Below, one piece after another: positions 18,238 to 27,829 of a DNA stretch of 64,000 nucleotides (positions are counted from its first letter, which is position 1; every line of letters begins with the position of its first letter). A model generated the notes under the pieces. The model was not told the origin of the DNA. It did no database searches and saw only the letters and a program-made list of their open reading frames with translations. Position numbers and translations under genes: made by a program. Location: assembly GCA_963783645.1 (NCBI GenBank), contig CAWAOH010000014.1, positions 66,236 through 130,235 of the forward strand. The letters are read 5' to 3'. Source of the DNA: Candidatus Bathyarchaeota archaeon. Its GTDB lineage: Archaea; Thermoproteota; Bathyarchaeia; 40CM-2-53-6.

Positions 18238-21200
18238 TTGGTATACATAAAACGGATTGATCTGCGAGGTTTCAAGACTTTCGGAAAGAAAACTACGATC
18301 CACCTTGGTCGTCGGCCTCACAATTGTTACAGGCCCGAACGGTTCGGGGAAGTCAAACGTGATCGACTCAGTGAAGTTTGCTCTAGGAGAACTCAGCCCG
18401 AAAGAATTGAGAGGAGAGACAATCGGTGATCTCGTCTACAAAGGAGCAGCACAGACAATACACACGAAAGCCGCGTACGTGGCAGTTCAATTCGACAATC
18501 ATGATCGTCGGATACCCATAGATTCTGAAGCAGTCACTATTTCAAGGGAATTCCGTCGACGGCGGAGAAGGCATATACCGGCTGAATGGAAAGAGAATCT
18601 CCAGAAAACAACTAACCGATATCCTATCTTCAGCCGACATTCAAGTTTCGAGCTTCAACATTGTGCCGCAACACTCGATTACAAGACTCGCAGAGGTAAC
18701 CACTGAAGAAAGGAGGACAATTATTGAAGACATGATTGGTATCGCCGTCTATGACGCTAAGAGAACTACCTCTCAGGCAGAACTCCAACAAGCCGACCTG
18801 AACCTCCAAGTGGCATCAGCGAAAATAGAAGAAGTGAGGCTCCGCGTCGAGTCTCTTGAAAGAGAGAAAAATGATTACCTGAAGTTCGTGCAAGTACGCA
18901 ACGAAATAAACCGACTACAAGCAAAAGAGATATCCTTCAAAATCAAGAAAGCTGAGGGACAGATTAAGCGCCTAGATGATGAAATAACCGAAAGCCACCA
19001 GCGACTCCAAGAACTAAAATCAACAAGAGATAATCTCCTTCACGAGAAATCAGAAATCGATTCGAAGAGAAGAGAACTCGAAGAATCAGTTGTGGAACAA
19101 GGCAGCAACAGACTTTTCGAAATTCAGCGCCTAATGGGAGACGTAAGCGCTAGGATCGCGAGCCTCCGGGCAAACGGCAACGCCATTGACGCAAACACTA
19201 AGGCACTTCAGAAGCAGAAAAGTGAACTAACACAAAACTCAATCGAAATATCGCAGCGCATAGAAAAATGCAAAGCCGAGCTCCCTGACCTCACCGATCA
19301 GATGAATAGTTTAGCCACGATGATTGAGCAAAAGCAATCCCTCGTGAACCAATCAAACGAGACCCTACTCAAACTGAGACAAACACTCGGAGAGAACAAC
19401 AGAGAAGCTCAAGACGTAGAACGTCAGGTCAACACCATTACACAGAGACTGATTAAAGTCGAGGCACAAATCGAGGCCAGCAACTCCAAGATAGATCTCT
19501 TAGACAAACATCTCAAGACACTATATACTCGAAAAGAAGAATACGGAAATCTCTTAGAGGGCATAAGTGAACGAATAGATGAGCTGAAGAACGTCGAACA
19601 GGACGGACTTGCTAGCGTCTCAGAGACCGATAGAAAAATCGTTGAATACCAAAAACTGAAGGATCAGCGCATTAACGAAATTCAACAAGCAGAGGGCGTA
19701 GCAAAGCGGGCAGCTTCAGCACTAGTAGAACTCGAAACTCAACAAGAGATTGCTGATAATTTCGCGTCAGAAGACAGAGCACTCGCACTTATCGCAGAAA
19801 TGTCGAAGGCAGGAGCGTTGTTAGACGTTTACGGAAAGTTGTCCACTCTAATCAAGTTCAAGAACGAAGATGCAAAGGCCGTAGAGGCAGCGGCAGCAGG
19901 ATGGATGAAGGCCCTCGTCGTCAAAAACGTTGAATCTGCACTAGCTTGCATAGAAGTGCTAAAGAAAACCCGCGTTGGCAGAGTGAAAATAGTTCCCACT
20001 CAAGACATACGACGACATGACGCAGCAAGAGCACCAATCGGAATCGAGGGTATTCTTGGTCCTATCAGTGATCACCTTGTCTTCGAAGAACGCTACAAGG
20101 ACGCAGTCAACCACATCTTCGGCGACACAATTCTGGCGCTTAACCAAAAATCGGCATTTCTTGCGTCTCTCAGCGGAGTCAGAGCCGTAGCTTTGACAGG
20201 GGACTTGTATGAGGCAGGCGGATCAATGGAGACCGGCTACTTCAGACAACCAATCGACTTCACGAGTCTTCTACTTCGAGGACAAACAGTGAATGAACTC
20301 AAAACGACACTGTCCTCCTTGGAGAAATTGATAAGCAAGACACGAGAAGACATCACTAGACTGAAGAAGGAAACGGAGGAACTCAAAAATAACAAAGCGA
20401 AAACGCAGACTTTCCTCAGCTCAGTAGGGAAGGAAACTGAAAATTTCGAAATCAACATGAGCCGCACGAGACGCGCAATAGATGAAACAACGTCGCGCAT
20501 TGAGAGCCTCACGTGGAGATGGCCACCGAACAAGCAGTAGTGAACGCCAGCTCCCATCTTCAACAGAAAGTACGAGATCAATTGGCTCAAAGTGAGAAAC
20601 TCCGCGAGGAGGTGAGATTCCCGTTCCAGTCTACGACTCTCATGGAACGAGAGGAGGAATACTCCAAACAAACGAAAGGAGTAAACGATCTTATGCGTCA
20701 ACGGATCGAGTTTGAGAGGCGACTTCAGTCCGCAACTTCAACCATTAGCGTTCTAGACCCATCACTCTCGCAAATAACACGGCAGTTGGGAGACATCGAC
20801 AAACAGCTCGAATTGCTCGCCTCAAACATGGATCGAACACGCACAGAGCTTCCTGCTGCTGAGGCTCAACTCAAGGAGCTGGATGTGTCACGCGGCAATT
20901 TATCTCAGGAGCTTGGCGTAGTAAAAACGAAACGTGACGAATACGATGGTCAACTCAAGAAACTAGATTCGGACATAACCAAGATAATTGACCAGCTTGA
21001 CCCGTTGAACAACGAGTTGGCGCAACTCACAGCATCGCAAAAGAATCTCCAGATGCAAAACGAATTTCAGATGAATGAGCTGAAGGAACTCGGATACTCC
21101 GAAGTAGTGGGCTTCGGCGACGACGAAATCGAAGAGCTTACCAAGACCCTCACATTTCTCAAGAAGGAAGTTACCTCAATAGGCGGCGTTAATGAATTGG

Positions 21201-21793
21201 CCGTCTCGCAATACGAAGAAGTCAAGAACAACTACAAACACCTCGCTACGCGCATCTACGAAGTAGAGAAAGAGAAACTCTCCATCCTCAAATTCATGAA
21301 TGAAGTGGATAAACAGAAACTCGAAGCATTCATGAAAGCATTCAACCAGGTAAGTCAATCATTTAACGAGATTTTCTCAACTGTTACAGGCGGAAGTGGC
21401 AGACTATTTCTTGAGAAGCCTGAAACACCATTCGAAGCAGGCGCAGACATCAGACTCCAATTCCCCGGAAAAACTGAGATGACGATCGGAAGCGCCAGCG
21501 GTGGCGAGAAATCGGTAGGTACAGTCTGCTTCATTCTGTCTCTACAGTCCATACACCCGATGCCGTTCTATATGATGGACGAAATCGACGCACACCTAGA
21601 CGTGGTGAATTCACAACGATTGGCGGAGCTACTGAAACGTAAGTCCCAGGGATCACAGTTCATCATAGTGTCACTCAAAGATGTGACCATAACTCGAGGG
21701 GATACGGTTTACGGCGTTTTCATCCAGGACGGTGTATCGCAAGTAATCAATCTGCCAATGCAGGAGGTCAATGTCCATGGAAGAGCTCACTAA
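18238..21793 (+). CDS. smc: SMC chromosome segregation ATPase, interrupted by three frameshifts
   Basis: Four ORF fragments concatenate into one SMC. These are the N-terminal head (IKRIDLRGFKTFGKK / TGPNGSGKSN), the coiled coils, the hinge (GILGPISDHL...) and the C-terminal head (ASGGEKS...FYMMDEIDAHLD). Junctions are at about 18311, 18553 and 20511. Confidence 0.92.
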
Positions 21794-22448
21794 ACCCTTC
21801 TGGCTGCGGCCTCCCTACCTAATATTGTTCGACCTATTGCGGCTGCACAGAGTCAAACCCTGGGATGTGGACCTAGCCGAACTGCTGAACTCATTTCTTG
21901 CGGAGATGAAGAAGAACGGCTACATCGACTTCTCCGCATCAGGAACGGCATTGCTTTCATCTTCAGTGGTTCACCGAATGAAATCAGAACTCGTATTGAA
22001 GATGGAAGCACCTCCCAAGCCTCCAGTCCCTCGACCAGATGTTGAAGTCCCCCCAGCTCTTCCATTTCCCATCCGATTCGAGTATACCTCCACCTCTGTC
22101 TCGGAAGTATTACGAGTATTACAGGAGGTATTGATGAACGAGAAACTTGCGTTGGAGAAGAAGCCCTTTATCCTGAGCCCGCCTTCAGTCTTCGAACAGC
22201 TGGACACATTTCTCTTAAACATCGAGGAAAACATCGAAAACTTCTACGCCGAGGTAATCAAACTCAGCATTAGAGGATCACCACTATTATTCCGTGATCT
22301 TGTGAACGGAAAACCACTCTTGGAGATTGTGAGGGTTTTCATCATGCTTCTATTTCTAGCCAACCAGAATAAACTCATAGTCACACAAGATGAGCAAACT
22401 CTAGAGATTTTCATAAAACTAGGCGAGGTGTCACCACCAATTGTCTGA
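21771..22448 (+). CDS. scpA: Segregation and condensation protein A (kleisin)
   Basis: 225 aa. LFDLLRLHRVKPWDVDLAELLNSFL N-terminus and a C-terminal winged-helix region. Overlaps the smc stop. Confidence 0.85.
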   Translation: MSMEELTKPFWLRPPYLILFDLLRLHRVKPWDVDLAELLNSFLAEMKKNGYIDFSASGTALLSSSVVHRMKSELVLKMEAPPKPPVPRPDVEVPPALPFPIRFEYTSTSVSEVLRVLQEVLMNEKLALEKKPFILSPPSVFEQLDTFLLNIEENIENFYAEVIKLSIRGSPLLFRDLVNGKPLLEIVRVFIMLLFLANQNKLIVTQDEQTLEIFIKLGEVSPPIV

Positions 22449-23042
22449 AGTCCAGCAGCAGACGGAGCTACTCGAAAAGAACGTGGACAAGATTGCATTA
22501 ATCGAAGCTGCATTGTACGTAACCGGACGTCCGGTTGATCTGAAAACGCTAGGATCGATCCTCGGGTACAGGTCAGAGGAGAAAATCCGTGATGCAGCGA
22601 GGCAACTGAAGGAACGCTACAAAGACGGGGAGCCATTGAAGTCCTGGAATTGAGTGACGGACGGTTCGTTATGCAATTGAGACCCCAATACGCGTCTCAC
22701 GTTAAGCGACTCGCGACAAGACAACTGCTTACGCCGGGACCAATGAAGACGCTATCCTTCATAGCCTACAAACAGCCCATAACACAGTCGTACCTCGCGA
22801 AAGTTAGAGGGAACCTTTCCTACTCACATGTGAAGCAACTTCAGGAAATAGGCTTAATCAATGAAGAAAAACTGGGGAGAACGAAGATCCTAAGAACCAC
22901 GCCAAACTTCGCTGACTATTTCAATCTTAGTCAAGATTTACAAACCATGAAGAGGCAATTAGAGCAAGTATTCGAGCACTTAAAGTCGGAGAAGCTGGCC
23001 GCAGCCCAACCAAAGGAAACACAGAAACAAGCGTTACAATAG
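22441..23042 (+). CDS. scpB: Segregation and condensation protein B, one frameshift in a G-run
   Basis: IEAALYVTGRPVDLKTLGSIL... then AIEVLELSDGRFVMQLRPQYA...LSFIAYKQPITQSYL in another frame. The junction is at the G4 run 22627-22630. Confidence 0.85.
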
Positions 23043-23090
23043 AAAATGCTAAGTTGAAGAAGACAAGCTGAGTGCGACGTCAGTTGCGAG

Positions 23091-23264
23091 ATGAATGAGT
23101 TCGTTATGGTAGAATATAACAAGTTGAAGGAGACCGTTGACATTTTCATACCGAGAACAACAGAAGGTGCTTCCATAACTCTAACGATGACTGTCGATAA
23201 GGCAAAGCAACTGTATCAACTACTCCACAAAGCGCTTTCAGAAAACGACCAATTACCAGCATAA
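23091..23264 (+). CDS. Hypothetical small protein (57 aa)
   Basis: ATG-initiated ORF MNEFVMVEYNKLKETVDIFIPRTTEGASITLTMTVDKAKQLYQLLHKALSENDQLPA. Just below the ORF-track cutoff. No family recognised. Confidence 0.35.
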   Translation: MNEFVMVEYNKLKETVDIFIPRTTEGASITLTMTVDKAKQLYQLLHKALSENDQLPA

Positions 23265-23344
23265 GATCAGGGACATCACAACAATACTTAAATGAACGAC
23301 GGCTTGCCTGTCAAGCAAATCTGAGTCTCGGAGTCGTTATTTGA

Positions 23345-23736
23345 ATGCCCCAATGGCACGGAAACCTTCACAAACGTAAGAAAAGCGGCGGCAAGAAGCA
23401 CATGTTTGCGGAAATGCGCCTTCGAAATGGGTAGCGACCCGGCCGAAACGATAGTTGGAGAACCACGCATCTCGAAGAAAAGAGGGCGGGGAAACAACAT
23501 GAAACTCCGAGCGTTATCAGTAAATTCAGTCGAATGTTACTGACCCAGCCACAGGGAAAAGTCAGAAGACCGAAATACGGAGCGTAGTGAAGAATCCTGC
23601 GAACGTCGATTACCAACGAAGAGGAGTCATTACCAAAGGCGCAATCGTCGATACACCACTAGGACAAGCCTTGGTTACATCTAGACCAGGCCAGCACGGC
23701 ATCATAAACGCCGTACTAGTCCAAGGAACAAAATAA
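23345..23736 (+). CDS. rps8e: 30S ribosomal protein S8e, fragmented by two +1 frameshifts (absent from ORF track)
   Basis: MPQWHGNLHKRKKSGGKKH (frame 2), then CLRKCAFEMGSDPAETIVGEPRISKKRGRGNNMKLRALSVNSV (frame 3), then NVTDPATGKSQKTEIRSVVKNPANVDYQRRGVITKGAIVDTPLGQALVTSRPGQHGIINAVLVQGTK (frame 1). Collinear with archaeal S8e. Shifts at about 23402 and 23532. Confidence 0.88.
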
Positions 23737-23760
23737 CCACCGGACCGATGAATCTACTCC

Positions 23761-24066
23761 TTGAAGCTTGACGGGAAAATCCTCGTCTGGCCAGCCAACT
23801 TAGATTCCTCAAAGTCCAGACTCGAAGGAAGAAAGATACCTAAGGGCCAGAGCGTACAGGCTCCAAGGATTGATGAACTGGCTGAAGCGGCACGTCGACT
23901 CGCAATAGAAGCTGAAGTCACCCCCCAAAAATCCAGACCCAGAAATTGGTGGGAGAAAACAGGCTACATAACTATTCCCAAGAAGAGTCCGAAAACGGAA
24001 CTGCTTCGATCATTGTCTAGTGAAATCAGAAAGATCAGAGCATCGAAGGATTTGATGAAAAAGTAA
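23761..24066 (+). CDS. srp19: Signal recognition particle protein SRP19
   Basis: 101 aa. ILVWPANLDSSKSRLEGRKIPK...SRPRNWWEKTGYITI. TTG start. Confidence 0.88.
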   Translation: MKLDGKILVWPANLDSSKSRLEGRKIPKGQSVQAPRIDELAEAARRLAIEAEVTPQKSRPRNWWEKTGYITIPKKSPKTELLRSLSSEIRKIRASKDLMKK

Positions 24067-24068
24067 GC

Positions 24069-25334
24069 TCAATTAAGCAATGTTACTTCTACGATTTGCC
24101 CTGCCGGGAGCTCGCCAGTATCCTCAGGCACGGTGACGAAACCATCTGCCGCAACGATACTCATTATCACAGATGACCGCTGTGATTCTACTGGAACGGC
24201 AGTGAGCCTACCCGCAGTGGTCTTCAAAGTTACGCGTACAAATGTTCTGAAACTTTTCCACCCTTTAATTGGCTCAGCAAGCATTGCCTCCCGCTTCGAC
24301 TCGGGAACCTCCTTCATTCCAGAGAGTTTGGCTATCATCGGCCGACCGAAGACAAGAAAAGCAAACATAGCTGAAACCGGGAAGCCCGGTAGGGAGATGA
24401 TGGGAGTGCCGTTTACGGAGGCTAATCCTGTTGGCATCGCTGGTCGCATGGCAACCCCATGAACTAGCATGCCCGGCTTTCCAAGCGAGCTAATGCAAGA
24501 AGGAACCAAATCCCTTTGCCCCACGGATGACCCACCGCTGACCAAGACCAAGTCAGATAATTTGACGGCTCGCTTCAGCGTGCTGATGATGACCTCCTTC
24601 CGATCTTTTACGATTCCTAAATCGAGAACGTCGCCATCCAGCTCGTTGATCTTAGCAGAAAGTACCATCCGATTAATGTCCACTATCTGACTAGACGATC
24701 TAATACGAAGCGTTTCAACAAGCTCATTACCCGTTGATAGTACAGCCACACGTGGCCTCTTCACGACACGTACTCTCTCAGTTCCGAGAGTTTTCAGCAC
24801 GCCCAAATCTTGGGCACGGAGTCTTCCACCACTTTCCAAGACGATTTTCCCCCGACATACGTCCTCGCCCTTCCGCAGAATATTCTGCCCACGTATCGCG
24901 GTCCTGGTGAGGGAGATCCTACGCTCGGGCAATTGCAGTGTGTCTTCAATCGGAACAATAGTATCGGCGCCTTTCGGGACTATGCTTCCAGTCGCTACAG
25001 CAACTGTACAACGTTCTCCCACGATGCCCTTGTATACTTCTCCCAGTCTGCTCTCGCCTACGATCTCCAGAACGCTCGGTTTGCCTTTGGTCGCTCCTTC
25101 CGCATCAACGGATCTAACCGCGAATCCGTCTACGACAGAACGATCAAAGAATGGAATCTCATGCTGGGCGACAACGTCTTCTGCCAATACCCTGTCCAGA
25201 GCTTGCCGTACATGGACCAACTCGGTCTTGAATCGACGGTTTTCGACAGACTTTAGGAAGCGGGCTAAGGCTTCGTCGACACTTGTGAGTCTCTGGAAAC
25301 CTTCATGCGTATGATTCAAGTTAATACAACTCAA
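24069..25334 (-). CDS. moeA: Molybdopterin molybdenumtransferase MoeA
   Basis: 421 aa. Domain order and motifs (VDGFAV, LSTGNEL, SGGSSVG, PGFPVS) are typical of MoeA/gephyrin E. Confidence 0.9.
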   Translation of the reverse strand: MSCINLNHTHEGFQRLTSVDEALARFLKSVENRRFKTELVHVRQALDRVLAEDVVAQHEIPFFDRSVVDGFAVRSVDAEGATKGKPSVLEIVGESRLGEVYKGIVGERCTVAVATGSIVPKGADTIVPIEDTLQLPERRISLTRTAIRGQNILRKGEDVCRGKIVLESGGRLRAQDLGVLKTLGTERVRVVKRPRVAVLSTGNELVETLRIRSSSQIVDINRMVLSAKINELDGDVLDLGIVKDRKEVIISTLKRAVKLSDLVLVSGGSSVGQRDLVPSCISSLGKPGMLVHGVAMRPAMPTGLASVNGTPIISLPGFPVSAMFAFLVFGRPMIAKLSGMKEVPESKREAMLAEPIKGWKSFRTFVRVTLKTTAGRLTAVPVESQRSSVIMSIVAADGFVTVPEDTGELPAGQIVEVTLLN

Positions 25335-25381
25335 TCACATAACGTAGATTACGCTTCATTGAAACTGTAACGGTCTCTGCC

Positions 25382-25582
25382 ATGTTAACCTTGATCCTGC
25401 CGCTCACTCTAATCGTTGCTGTCATTCTTGCGTTGATCTGGTTCTTTACCTCGCGCGAAAGACGAAAAGGAAACACTGAGCCGATTATCGAATTGGAGAA
25501 ACTCGTCCAGTGTAAGTCCTGCGGCTCTCTCATTCCGGAGGGCGCTAGCAAGTGCGCCTTCTGTGGAAATTACAATCAATAA
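25382..25582 (+). CDS. Small membrane-anchored zinc-ribbon protein
   Basis: 66 aa. N-terminal TM helix (LILPLTLIVAVILALIWFF), then CKSCGS...CAFCG. Confidence 0.5.
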   Translation: MLTLILPLTLIVAVILALIWFFTSRERRKGNTEPIIELEKLVQCKSCGSLIPEGASKCAFCGNYNQ

Positions 25583-25606
25583 ACTAGTCGACCGTTGACC
25601 AATAAC

Positions 25607-25615
25607 TAATTAAAG
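25607..25615 (+). promoter_or_regulatory. TATA-like box (TAATTAAAG) for the tRNA-Phe transcription unit
   Basis: An A/T-rich element 22-30 nt upstream of 25637. This places the predicted start at the outer AGCCGCCG leader copy. Confidence 0.3.
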
Positions 25616-25636
25616 TCATTTTACGTGTGGCTGGTC

Positions 25637-25811
25637 AGCCGCCGAAGCGTGCACACTAGCCGCCGTATGCGCCTAATCAGCGCAGACGACAGCTCAGTGG
25701 TTAGAGCAGCGGACCCTAAAGACAGGGGCTGAAGCTGTTAAGCTGGAACGCTGTAACCCGTTGGTCGCAGGTTCGAACCCTGCCGGCGGCGCCAATATCT
25801 AACCGGCGGCT
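25637..25811 (+). other. Leader/trailer copies of the tRNA-Phe acceptor stem (AGCCGCCG 25637-25644; CGGCGGCT 25804-25811)
   Basis: The outer octamers are mutually complementary. They duplicate the inner acceptor strands (25659-25665 and 25784-25790). A T-rich stretch (CTTTTCC) follows. Confidence 0.6.
25659..25794 (+). tRNA. tRNA-Phe(GAA) with three introns and encoded CCA
   Basis: GCCGCCG TA [24 nt, 25668-25691] GCTC AGTGGTTA GAGC A GCGG [15 nt, 25713-25727] G CTGAAG [21 nt, 25735-25755] A CCCGT TGGTC GCAGG TTCGAAC CCTGC CGGCGGC G CCA. The 76-nt mature form plus 60 nt of introns equals the 136 nt observed. The exon sequence closely resembles archaeal tRNA-Phe. Confidence 0.8.
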
Positions 25812-26217
25812 TTTCCTCTACCAACTTACTGCACCTTAGTCGCCTTGTAGATGAAACATCTGGAATCCAATGTTAGTGAGAAAAATCCGTTCGATAAGAC
25901 AGCTACAGTTGCAGCAGAGGAGCTGAAGACGCTAACGCAGATCAGGTAAAAGTTGTGGCTGATTGGTGGCTAAACATTACATGAAGGCTGGACATAAGAG
26001 ACTGGGCAGACTCATGGTTGCCATCTCCAAGGGCAAGCCCATTTGACTGCTTAGACACGAAGCCAACGCAACATTCAGTTCGACATTCGAACAGGTAACG
26101 AAGGTTTCCTCTTTTCAGAGATACACCTGACACATGAGTGAGTAATAACGCATCTTTGAGATAGCCTTGCAATCTCAAAAGGCTAGTGCTTATGGCGACG
26201 TCCCGAGTTTTGGTCTC

Positions 26218-26640
26218 ATGGTCAAATTGCACATCCGCGTGTTCCGTCAAGATGACTACGATAAAGTCGTAAAACTCTGGAAAGAGTCTGGTCTCATACT
26301 AAGGCCAGGCGACGATTGTGAAGGAATCGGGCTGAAACTGCAACGTGATCCAGATCTCTTCCTGATAGCAGAAAAGGGTCAGGAAATCCTTGGAGTAGTA
26401 CTCGGGGCTTGGGATGGGCGGCGAGGATGGATTAACCATCTCGCCGTGCGATCCACTCACCAAAGATCGGGAATAGGCAAATCTCTGATCAACGAACTCG
26501 AGAAACGTCTCATCAAAAAAGGAGCACTAAAGGCGAACGCGCAGATTTACCAATCAAACAAATCATCCCTGGCCTTCTTCAAGGCAATGAATTATGAAAT
26601 CCATTCCGACCTAATTATGGTCGGAAAAAATCTGAGCTAG
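26218..26640 (+). CDS. GNAT-family N-acetyltransferase
   Basis: IRVFRQDDYDKVVKLW...GWINHLAVRSTHQRSGIGKSLINELEKRL (acetyl-CoA motif A). The likely start is the ATG at 26218 within ORF 26167..26640. Confidence 0.85.
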   Translation: MVKLHIRVFRQDDYDKVVKLWKESGLILRPGDDCEGIGLKLQRDPDLFLIAEKGQEILGVVLGAWDGRRGWINHLAVRSTHQRSGIGKSLINELEKRLIKKGALKANAQIYQSNKSSLAFFKAMNYEIHSDLIMVGKNLS

Positions 26641-26643
26641 TAG

Positions 26644-27738
26644 TTAACTTGCCTTCGCTTCAGCAAGAGGCACGTAATCGCAGAGCTCGGTGGGTTTCTC
26701 CAAGATGCGGTTGATCGTCACTTCTCCAATTATCCTGCAGTACTTGTTTATTTGGCCTAAATTCAAGACTATGGTCCTCAAGCTTACAGCAGAGTTCACG
26801 TCCTTCACGTATGTGAGGACTTTCTGAGTCAGACGTCTCTCTTCGTTCTCAGCACCTTCCACTCTTTCGATGGCATCATTGGACACTAGAATATCAGAAG
26901 TGAGAAGCGCCTTCATGGATTGTTCTGAGGTTTTCGTCACTTCATTCGCAAATTTGGCGATGTCACTTAGAATCGAATCCCCTACAACCTCCCTGTCCTT
27001 CAACGTGATCACTTCATTCGCAATATTCTCCGCTGAATCTGCCATCTCCTCGAGCGTCTTCGCCACAACTCTGTTGCCCGGGATATGGATTGGAGATTCA
27101 ATCCCTATTTTCGTGCCAACGCTTCTGTCCCTGATTGCAAGCAGCAGCTGGCGGACAATTAACCAGTAGATCCTGTCCGATTCTTCTTCCATATGAGCTA
27201 CTTCTGAAGCCAGATCGGACCTCCTTTCTACCAAAGCCTTGATTGAAACATCCAACATTGAGGAGAGTATGATGTGGAGGCGGCGCATCAATCCATAGAT
27301 TGGGAAGCGTGTGGGATCAACGAAGCTCTGGAGGGTGACTTGACGTAGAGTCTGCTCCACTATACTTAATCCAGTGAGCCGCTGCGTCGTAGCCCGTATC
27401 TCTTCAAGATGGCGCCTTTTCAATTCATCTTTGGCTACGATCTGGATCGTGTCATGTCCTAGAATGTAATTTCCCGTGATTACTCTCGAAAGCAGATTGT
27501 TTGAGTTGCAGAGGTCTGCGTTTACGACGCAGTTCTTTATCTCTTCGCTCTTGTGCTCCGTTCCCGGTATAAGTTTGAGGGACCCATCATCCTCGCGTTT
27601 TATGGAGACAATATCCCCCGCCTTGAGCTTAACATCCTCAACCCATTCGCGTGGCAGTGATACGGTTAAAGTAGAATATCCGACTCTCTGGACTTTCCTA
27701 GCTTCCAAGCTAAGCACATTTGCATATAGTTTAAGCAC
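26644..27738 (-). CDS. AbrB/SpoVT-domain plus PhoU-domain regulator (archaeal PhoU-like)
   Basis: 364 aa. ARKVQRVGYSTLTVSLPREWVEDVKLKAGDIV (AbrB swapped hairpin) followed by two PhoU-like helical repeats. The real start may be the TTG at about 27708. Confidence 0.8.
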   Translation of the reverse strand: MLKLYANVLSLEARKVQRVGYSTLTVSLPREWVEDVKLKAGDIVSIKREDDGSLKLIPGTEHKSEEIKNCVVNADLCNSNNLLSRVITGNYILGHDTIQIVAKDELKRRHLEEIRATTQRLTGLSIVEQTLRQVTLQSFVDPTRFPIYGLMRRLHIILSSMLDVSIKALVERRSDLASEVAHMEEESDRIYWLIVRQLLLAIRDRSVGTKIGIESPIHIPGNRVVAKTLEEMADSAENIANEVITLKDREVVGDSILSDIAKFANEVTKTSEQSMKALLTSDILVSNDAIERVEGAENEERRLTQKVLTYVKDVNSAVSLRTIVLNLGQINKYCRIIGEVTINRILEKPTELCDYVPLAEAKAS

Positions 27739-27829
27739 TAGAATATAGCTTTCAGTATTTATTCCCGGAATTCAAACCTGGAGCTCTTTCTATAGAGAGT
27801 TTATTCGAGGTTCTGCTTCATCACCCGCC

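Noticed and set aside
23290-23344. Hairpin-rich leader upstream of S8e (AACGAC...GTCGTT, GCTTG-CCTGT-CAAGC) and other intergenic regions, screened for C/D-box sRNAs.
   Set aside because: I found no properly spaced C (RUGAUGA) and D (CUGA) box pairs. The hairpins may be 5'-UTR structure, but no RNA gene can be supported.
25942-26250. 102-aa minus-strand ORF between tRNA-Phe and the GNAT gene, with a faint GIY-YIG-like stretch (YLFECRTECCVGF).
   Set aside because: The similarity is too weak to support. Its 5' part is antisense to the GNAT N-terminus. Left uncalled.
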